Of a stretch of 64,000 bases of DNA, positions 55,508-64,000 are shown in pieces. Positions within the stretch are counted from its first letter, which is position 1, and every line of letters starts with the position of its first letter. Position numbers and translations under genes: made by a program. Under the pieces are notes generated by a model. It ran no database searches and was not told where the DNA came from. It worked only from the letters and a program-made list of their open reading frames with translations. The stretch is from NCBI GenBank assembly GCA_000708835.1, contig DF237158.1, positions 62,001 to 126,000 on the forward strand, written 5' to 3'. This DNA is from Klebsormidium nitens. Taxonomy: Eukaryota; Plantae; Klebsormidiophyceae.

Positions 55508-56784
55508 CTTTGTGGTGATCGAATTCGAGCTTTGAGCTGAACCGAAATGTCTGCAGACAATGGCCCAGACGCAGCTAAACAGATGCAGCCCTCCTTGTGT
55601 GGATGTTGCTGAAGTATGAGCTTGCTCAAGAGACTGCCTCCTGAAAGCAGCCGACACCCCTGATCGGGCCCTGATCAACCTTGCATAAGATTGTTGTACG
55701 AAATTGGAACAGATCTCAATGCAAAGTACCTACCACCGGTGGTCAATTGGAGCAAGGCTCGTTAGGGAGTAAAAAAGTGGGAACAGAGAGCGACAGACTG
55801 GCAGTGCTCTGCGGACTGGCTGAAGTGGATCACATCGACACGAAGTTCTGAATAAGCTGGAAATCAAAGCTGCCACATCGGCAGCAGTGCTTCAAGCTCG
55901 ATCAGATACACTGGAATCCTTTTATTTGTGCTGGCATATACCCGCTACAACAAGCTGTGCACACTGCAGACTCCAACTGGCAACAACTTGCTAAGATTCG
56001 ATGCCAGCCGGGCTGAGACAAAAGCGCACTGGAGCCAGTAGGCTAGCCGCTAGGCATGGGTACCGTATACTGCAACAGAGTGTACCTATGTTGAACAGAC
56101 TGTGCAGTCACCAGTGTGCCCCGGGGGCAGTCCGCAATCATTGATTTGCATGAGGGCAGTTAAAGATGCTTCGGTAAGCGGCAGGAGGTCCGAGGAATTA
56201 TTGACGCTCTTGCCACAATTTTCGGAAATAGCTAGGTGTTATTATTAATTAAAGTTCAAACTCGAACAACAAAATAAAATAGGAGCTCACGTGAACCTGC
56301 TTAACCCAACTCTTATTTGCCGGTCGCACCAAAATACCTACTGACCCTATTAACTCCTTTGTACTAACCCCACCCGTCCTAAAGCTATAACCTGAGCTTA
56401 TTTAAGTACCTACCTCGGAAAATCAGTACCAAAATCTGTCAATCTGAAGATCAATCTGCAACTGTTCAATAAAGAGCATCTTTGCGGCACCGGATCGGAT
56501 GCAATGATTACCGTGCCCGAAGGGCCATCATGCTGTCATGATGCGACCACGTGGCTCCGCCCGAGAACAGACACGTGTGAAAAACGATTCCCGAATCCTT
56601 CCCGAGCGAAGATTCGATCGGCGACTTCCTCATGAGTCATGACACGGTATACCAGTCCGGTCTCCCAGTCCGAAGCACCTCAGAGACGGGATACCGTACC
56701 TAGCTACCTAAGGTACTACTAGGGCCCTGGTCCTAGGCCCGTCTTGAAGCTTTAAAGGTGGTACAGGGGTGGTACGGTCTTACC

Positions 56785-56835
56785 TAGTTACCTTATGGTC
56801 TTAGTTACCTTATGGTCTTAGTTACCTTATGGCCT
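56785..56835. repeat. 17-bp tandem repeat x3
   Basis: tagttaccttatggtct, tagttaccttatggtct, tagttaccttatggcct. Confidence 0.85.
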
Positions 56836-57112
56836 TACCCGTGGTAGGCCTGTAGTGCCCCCTATACCCCTATGTTGACTTCTCTACAAGCCCGTGAACT
56901 ATCGAAGGCATGGGGCTATGGCGGGGCCGTAATTAACATGCATCGATTGAGAGGCATCACATTCTCCTGCACATGTGCCAATGTCAGACGGTGATCCTCT
57001 CAGGCACTGTCAGCGCAACCTTGGTGGCAGAGACGGCGGCTGGCCTCTTGCTCCAAGATAGTCGATCACCAACATGATGCAAAAGGACCTAGAAGAACAG
57101 CTCCTGATGATA

Positions 57113-57326
57113 CATGGGCATCGTGTCCTAACATGTGTGCAGGGGCGTCCGGAACTCCGAAAATAAAACCGGCCACCAGCCCCCCCCTACCCTCTCGATG
57201 CACAATTTTACCTAGGGGTAAAATTGCCCCTAGATGTTGCCCCCACCGGCCACCAGCCCCCCCCCAACGAGGGCCGATTTTCGGAGTTCCGGACGCCCTT
57301 GCACATATGTTCTGACACGATGCCAT
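57113..57326. mobile_element. MITE-like element (~215 bp) with ~50-bp terminal inverted repeats
   Basis: The left arm 57113-57164 (catgggcatcgtgtcctaacatgtgtgcaggggcgtccggaactccgaaaat) matches the reverse complement of 57277-57326 with about 5 differences. Inside are a direct repeat accggccaccagccccccc (twice) and a central perfect 10-bp stem caattttacc-tagg-ggtaaaattg. No coding capacity. Confidence 0.7.
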
Positions 57327-58378
57327 GGGCGATTGTATAAAACACCGGAATCCTATACTCACCACCTATTTTTCGGGGCTAAGGTCATGGGAAGGTCATA
57401 AGGTCACCTACAGAGAAACCTACGTACGGTCATCGTGTGCTGTTTGATTTGCGCTTGAAGCGATCGAAAGTACCGTAGGCCGGGACGGTGTACCCGGCCT
57501 CACCGGCCCTACGATTGTATAGCTGCTTCCGAGCAATGTAGCATCCGACCGGACGATCCGAGTCTTCTGTAGTCTGCAGTGGAATTGCGCGGGCGGATTG
57601 ATTGTAGCATTGTCGGACATTACCGTCGGGGTCCGCCATTGCAAAGTACGATATATACCTGGAGATACAGCATAAATACAATATATAAGCTCATGGGTGG
57701 CTATAAGCTTAAATAATTAACTAGGGCCGCGAATTCTTATCGATCGTGGTCGAGGTTGACTGCACATGGTACTGAAGGGATCGGAGGTTTTACAATGATA
57801 GAAACTCTCTATACATGGAAGAATTGTTTAGAGGGCCCCCCGCGGCGCGCCGCGTTATTTATAAGCTTTGCCATGAACACGGCTTGTGGTGTGGCCGGTC
57901 TTATAAGATTGTATTTGCTAGCGCATGTAAACATGGTACACCGTCGTGAATTATATACATATATGTTCCAGGATCGACGCTAGCATGAGCGGCTGTGGTT
58001 TTGATAATGGTGCGTATGCATTCGTCACAAGCGATGATCGAAAACAGAATAAACCCGGACCATATGTGGCTCTGACAGCTATACGAGGTTCACTTTTAAT
58101 GATCGAAATGACAAGCTGATAGTACTAACACCGTTGAACGGGTGTGATTGAGGACGGCATGATTCAATCACTTCGTGCCCCATTTTGACGGGGCCAGCCT
58201 CCCATTCCCGCCACTCAGAACTCACGAGCACTTGTCCGCAATTAGCAGTATGCAACGACCACTTTATGTCGATTGCGATACCCAAACTAATGAGCCTTTG
58301 TGAGGCAATTGGTTGCTTCGAAGCTCAACATGCCTGGCTGTGATGGGAGTGTCACGTTGTGAGAGTTGATATGGAGCG

Positions 58379-61300
58379 TCAATGTGAACCAGAGCGCGAT
58401 CCGGTGCTCATTGTCCCTGCACTGCTAGTACCCCCGGGTATACTGCTGGCTGCTTTTGCACGTTGCAATTGGCGGAGCCGGAACACGTCTCTTGGTGGAG
58501 GGCGGCTTTGATTGTTGGTGGAGTCTTCAAGGGCGGAGCCTGGGCATGCCAAGGACATAGCGGTTCCGAGCAACTCGATCTAAGAGCAGTCGGTGACACT
58601 GGGGCGAGGCATCCGATAAAGACTTTAAGCAACTGCCTGACACTTAGGCTTTGGCAGCATCATTGAGATCGAGACGTCGAACCTTATTTTGGGATCCCCG
58701 CGATCCTAAGCAGAAGCTCTGTTGGGTGCTGTGCAAACCGAAGCGCCAGCGACTTACCATGCGACTGGTTTGCTGTCGTCGTTCACATCAGAACGAGGAA
58801 ATTGTCACAGAAGCAGGCCAAAAGACAAGTCTAGCCCTGTTTTTGCCCTCACCTAGATCCGGCTGTTTCCGTTTCTGCCCTGGCGACGACACCCCGGCCG
58901 GCTGCGGCGGGGCCTCTGCCTCTCCGGGCTGGCGAGGCGGGCCCTCGGGGGGCGAGGAGAAGTCGGTGCTGAGAAGCGCGGCAATCACCATGTCCACGTC
59001 AGGGGCCGGCCCTGCAGCGACGCATACACGGCCTCAGGCCAGCCGCCTAGAAGAGCGCTGAGGACCAGAAAGAGTGTGCACCAGCAGAGGAGCGCACAGC
59101 TTGTTGTGCCCCCAGCAATTGAGCACCCCGCCTTGTGCTTGCAGGCAGCCCTGGATGCTGTCGGAGCGGCTACTCAAGCAAATCGAGGGTTGGAAAATCC
59201 ATGCGTTTTACGATCTGTCATGCGACTGCATCACTAACCAACACATAACACCCATGGCCACCCGCAACGGCGCAACTTTCGACAAACACAAAGAGCGTTT
59301 CGCTTCTGGCCGCAGATAATACGAGGTCACGTCAGGCGGGCGTGCGCTGACCGTGCAGTGGCGGGATTTGATGCAGGAAGTGGAGCACGAGGGGCGGCAG
59401 CTGCTGCACGAGCGCGTCGACCAGGAACTGCGGCACCGGGGCGGCCGGGGTCGACGACGGCCGGCTCACGAAGGAGGCGGTGGGGGGGAGGCCGGCCGGC
59501 AGCGGGGGAGGGGTGGAGCGGGCTGCGCGGAAAATGCCGGGTATCGAGCAACTGAAGGGTTTACGGTCGCCAACACCGCTTCCTAGGGCGTCCCCTAGGA
59601 AGTCAGAACACTTCATCTCGTGGTCAAATCATTCAGGAGCCGGGCAAGACAGACTCAAGCTGAACCACGAACAGCAAAACGTGATCCAAAACAGGGCCTG
59701 CACCATAGGGCCTGCACCATATTGGCTGTAGAACTTGATCAAGTTGTTGCGTTGTACAACCACTAGTCCTCCAGTCTGAGCCTCTCTTGAAACTAGATGC
59801 GAGAACACAGTCCTTTCCCCGCGCTGCGCAAGGATGCCCGGCCCCCAGCAGCATGTCCGGGAGACGTCGCGCAGTGGCTCACCTTCCGGCGGGGGCCCAG
59901 GTGGGGGCCGCGGGGGGGTCTTGCGGCGCCGGTGAGCGGCCAGCCCGTCGCCAGGCTGCTGGCGAGACGGCTGCGGCTGCCCGGTGGGCGTTTCCCGGGG
60001 GTTTAAGGGCGGGGACGGGCCCTCCCCTGCAAACCGCAGAAGAAGCAACGGCGGGCTCAAAGGTGGACATCAACGAGCTGACTCGAAGGAGCCCCACGAA
60101 AGCAGATGCCGGAGTTAGTGCTACAAGGCAGGCAGCGAGCGGGGAGGTTGCACGAGTGCCCGGCGTCGACTGCAAGCTCGGCGTGGCCCTGGAGAGCCAG
60201 TCTCGGGATGGGGCGAGAGAGCCACATACCCAGTCCTCCGTCCTGGTAGTCGGAGGCGGACGCGTGCGCTGCTGCCGAGTGTGGCAGTGGAGGCCCAACG
60301 CTCCCTGCACCGCCCAGGACACGACGTCAGGGGCTGACGCAAAACCATGTCCGTTCGACCGAGGGGTCTCCTAGCAAAGTGGAGGAGCTTAGGCAGGCTG
60401 AAGAGGAGGAAGAGGCATACGAATAGGAGGTGTAAGAGGATTGCCAGCTACTGACAAACGTGCAGAGCAAAGCTGCCTCTGCCTACACTGGGATTCCGCA
60501 AAAGAACACCAGGCAGCTAAGATGCTCACCAGGAAAGTTTAAAATCCAAACGCGACTTACCTCCGTTTTCGAACCGGCCACTACTGCTGGCCGGGAGAGG
60601 AGAATCTGATTTTGCTGCCTGCAAAAGCGAAGCCCCGCTGTTAGATGCATGGGTTGGTTCTACGGACGTTGCATCCTAGCAGCCGCACTAGTGACGAGGA
60701 TACTGCAAAAAATGCACATGGTCGTTCAGGATCAACTCTTGATCTTGTGGCACTGCTCCAGAACACAGACGATCCCGACAGCTCGCCGCAGCCGCCGGCT
60801 GCTCGTCTATGCGGTGGCCCTGTGCGGGGGCGGTGCTCGCCTGGTGCGGGTGCATGAGCGCGAGCTCGTGCGGCGCGGCGGGCCAGAGGTCCATGAAGCG
60901 GTACCGGCGGACCAGCGCCTCCAGGCCGTCCTCCGCGCGCTCACCCGCGGCCACAGCGGCCTCGCGGCGCCGCTTTTCTACCTTGAGCAGGCTGCTCAAG
61001 TCGCCGTACGTGGCCTCGAACTGCACGAAGCGGGCCCACACCTGCAAACGGATAAAGCCGGCTTTTGCTTTGAAGGGCGGCAATAATGAGGGAACCAAGC
61101 TCAGTAACAGACGACCACGTGAGCACAGCAGATGCTACAACGATGCAACGGCAGATTTGAAAGTCTGCTCTTCGACCCAGGCTTTGCAGGGGACTTACAA
61201 CCGTGCTCTCCCCCCAATTCCAAGCGTGCTCGCTGGTTCTCCTGTCCAGGCTGACAGCTATCTGAGATACTAGATTGGCTTTGCCTAAAGCGACAAGAGG

Positions 61301-64000
61301 GCACGCTCACCTTGGCGGATGCTGCAGGTGCTATGGCATTAAGTGCCCTTTCAAAGAGCACCCGGACGTTGGTATCGTCGTTCTGATGCTGCAGGAAGTC
61401 GATGTACCTGCCAATACACATACACTCGTCAACTGGTCACACGGACGAAGTTCGCCCACGATGAAGTCCATGCACGGGGAAAGGATTAGCACGTGACCAG
61501 ATTACAGGACTAGCAACAGCAGTCTGACAATTGAGCAAATGGAGCACGTGGAGGGCTGCCCGTAGCGGCCTAAAGAGCACTTTGCAACGAAACTGCTGGG
61601 ATTCGTGTTTATGAAATAAAAGGCTATGCAAAATGGGGTGTCTGTCTATGTAAAATGGGGTGTCTTTCTGTTTTCCGTAGCAATTTGAGTGGTGGAAAGT
61701 TCAGATTTGCGATTTTTTCGAGTAAAAGGCTATGCAAAACGTGGTGTCTATCTATGCAAAACGGGGGAACGGGAGGCCGCCCGGTAGTGGCGTGCAGGTG
61801 CTCACTGCAGGACGTATTCCGGTTCGTGGAGGTACTTCTTGAGGCCGTACTCGAAGATGTTCCTGGCGGTCTGCATGGCAAGCGCGCGCACAGGTCAGCC
61901 GCCAAGCGGGGGCGCAACCATGAGCAGGCAAGCCCAGGATTGCGCCAGTGGATTGCCCCAAGAACGGCAACTCCTTGCAAAACAGCGTGCGCTGGACGGA
62001 TGGCGCTGACTGGCCGGGTGGGGCGTGAAATGGCAAGCGGCACACGAGTAGCGGGCATGCGGTGCGTACTTTGGGGTCCTTGTTGGCGGCCAGCTCCAGC
62101 TTGGCGGAGGCGACGAAGACGTGGTGGGTGCACGCTGGCGACTTGGTGGCCGTCAGAAACACCTTGCGCGCGGCGGCCATGCCCTCCGTCCGCTGCACGA
62201 ACCGCATCAGCTGCACAGGAATGAAAGGCCCCGTAGGGCAAGCGCCTTTAGCCTCTTCCGTCGAATAGAGAGGGAGAACAGAAGTCGTCACACCGGGATG
62301 CGCTCCGGGAGGATCCTGCACATCACTCTTCTGGAACTTTTCTCCTACGGAAATAATTGCAATCTCCTCCCGTTGAGACTTGAAGCGACTGCAATAACAG
62401 AAGTCATAAGTTGGAGCAAAAGAGCTGCCTTTCTTTGCCACACCTGGATGTGCCCGAGCGCAGAGGCGGTCTCCTCCTTGTCTAGGAGGGAGCGGTAGAG
62501 TGCCTTGGCGGCGGGGCCGTTGCCGCGCAGCTCCTCCAGCTCAGCAAATGCGTAGTGCAGGGGCACGCTGGCAGGCAGGGCCCGCAGCGCGCGCTCGTAC
62601 ACGCGAGCGGCCGCCTCGGGGGAGTCGTGCTCCGCGGTCCACGCTGCGTACTCGAACCAGGGGTCCGCGTAGTGGTACAAGTAGAGCAGGCACTGCAGGG
62701 CGGCGGAAAAGGAGGGGGTGGGGCAGCAGCAGCGAGAATGAGAACAAGAGTGGCATAACAAATGAGGCGCCGCTTCCGGATATTGTTTGGCAAGTATAGC
62801 GTGAAGGAGGGCGGCTCAGTCGCCTGAAGGACAAGATAAGCCCGCGTGGGCAGAAAAGATTGAGGTCTTTGTAGTGAGAGCGGTAAGCGAAGAGGGTACC
62901 AGCAGCATACCTGTTCGTGGGCAAAAGTCACCCGCTTTGCCAAGGTCGTTGGGTTCAGCCGTTGCGGATTGGCCCTGTAATGGGATGGCAGGGACAAGGT
63001 GAGAGATCGTCTCCGATAATCCTTGTTTTCCTTTCGCACAACATGAATGGCAAGTCTGGAGCCCGCAAAGTCTCACGAGATCATCAAACAAAGCGCTGGG
63101 GATCGGCTCCCGCACGCTGTCCTCGGCATCCCTCCGCACCTTTCAAACGCGAGCAGCTGCTTCCAGGCCGCCAGCTGCTGGGCTTCCCGAGGCATGCCTC
63201 GCGGGGGCACGGCCAGGGCGGGGCGGGCTAGGCCGTCCGTCAGCGGCTTTCGCTCGCGCAGGGCGGCCTTGGCAGCGGCGTGCCGTGGCTGGAACTCGGC
63301 CAGCGTGACCTTGGCCTGTGCAAACAGCGGGGCGGTCAGGGCGGGGCTCTGCTATGAGCAACATGCTGCCACACGGACGGGCTGTGGGCTGCAAGACCAG
63401 GAGATGCGATGCAAAGGGTAGACGGGCACAAGTATCACTTGTAGGTGCACCTTTGTCAAAACCGACATAGGTAGATTCAACACGAATGGAGGTCGAGTCT
63501 AAGCAAGAGAGTCGGTGGTTATTTTGAAAAAAAAGGCACGCCTCAACACAGGTTCTAGAAGCGAGCTGCCACTACAAAAAGCTTGATTGTCTCACGCTTT
63601 GTTTGTTGGTCTCGTTCTCAAACGCCTCGTAATCACGCCAGAGCCCCTCCACCCCGTGCATGGGAATGACAACCGCTGCCTGGTAGACCGGACGCAGCAG
63701 CCCCGCAGTACGTGTCTCGTCCGAAGGCAGCGCCCCCGCCGTCTTCTTCACAAACGCGATGTACTGCTGCCACAAGGGTGCAGCTGACACGTCCTGCCCT
63801 GTACACGAGGAACAGGTGCAGGTAAAGCGGGGAGTGTCACATGTTCAACGCTCAGCTGCTTGTAGATGTCATCACATACAACAGCGCAGTTGTGCTGCTG
63901 GCCACTTGGCCGAGATTAACTTGCCGCGCGTTGAGACAAGCGGTGCAGGCCACGGCTTCATTGAAAGTCTCTGAACACTGTTAGGGCTGGTATTTGAAAG
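58379..64000 (-). CDS. CSTF77: Cleavage stimulation factor 77 kDa subunit (Suf/RNA14, HAT repeats), 5' part beyond the window
   Basis: LWQQYIAF...VVIPMHGVEGLWRDYEAFENETNKQ; NPQRL...KRVTFAHEQCLLYLYHYADPWFEYAAW; LMRFVQRTEGMAAARKVF; TARNIFEYGLKKYLHEPEYVL; YIDFLQHQNDDTNVRVLFERAL; VWARFVQFEATYGDL; LVRRYRFMDLWP; LPPLVLHFLHQIPPLHGPAPDVDMVIAALL; final PPPRDVFRLRQLQRAKA...SRSGSH* at 58379. Confidence 0.93.
61624..61773. repeat. Degenerate 22-bp repeat, two pairs, inside a CstF-77 intron
   Basis: ctatgcaaaatggggtgtctgt-like units start at 61624, 61646, 61730 and 61752. Each pair is preceded by taaaagg. Confidence 0.7.

Overview
Eukaryotic nuclear DNA: GC-rich exons, short GT-AG introns, about one gene per 6 kb. 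The gene content (LOB-domain and SIP1-type trihelix transcription factors, plant-type PARN and CstF-77 C-termini, an A-type P450) points to a streptophyte, most likely a charophyte alga such as Klebsormidium. This is inferred from gene content, not from a database match. Eleven protein-coding genes were reconstructed by hand across splice junctions, in order: a GYF_2-domain protein (partial, -), a small signal-peptide/TM protein resembling Pga1 (-), a full-length cytochrome P450-fold protein (+), PEX6 (-), a trihelix TF (+), a class I LBD TF (+), RPB12 (-), PARN (+), SKI3 (+), a secreted ExeM/NucH-type nuclease (-) and CstF-77 (partial, -). No rRNA, tRNA or CRISPR array was found. Two observations stand out. 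(1) The P450 has an intact, cleanly spliced 550-aa ORF with ExxR and PERF motifs, but lacks the heme-ligating Cys motif and the I-helix catalytic Thr, so it is a candidate pseudo-enzyme. (2) A bacterial-type extracellular DNase (LTD + OB-fold + EEP) carries 12 or more spliceosomal introns, an extensin-like Ser-Pro3 repeat stalk and a Cys-rich tail. The intergenic DNA holds a short poly(A)-tailed insertion with a target-site duplication, a MITE-like element, and a GTAC-dense tract with a central hairpin upstream of the LBD gene. Exon boundaries are manual and approximate unless stated.
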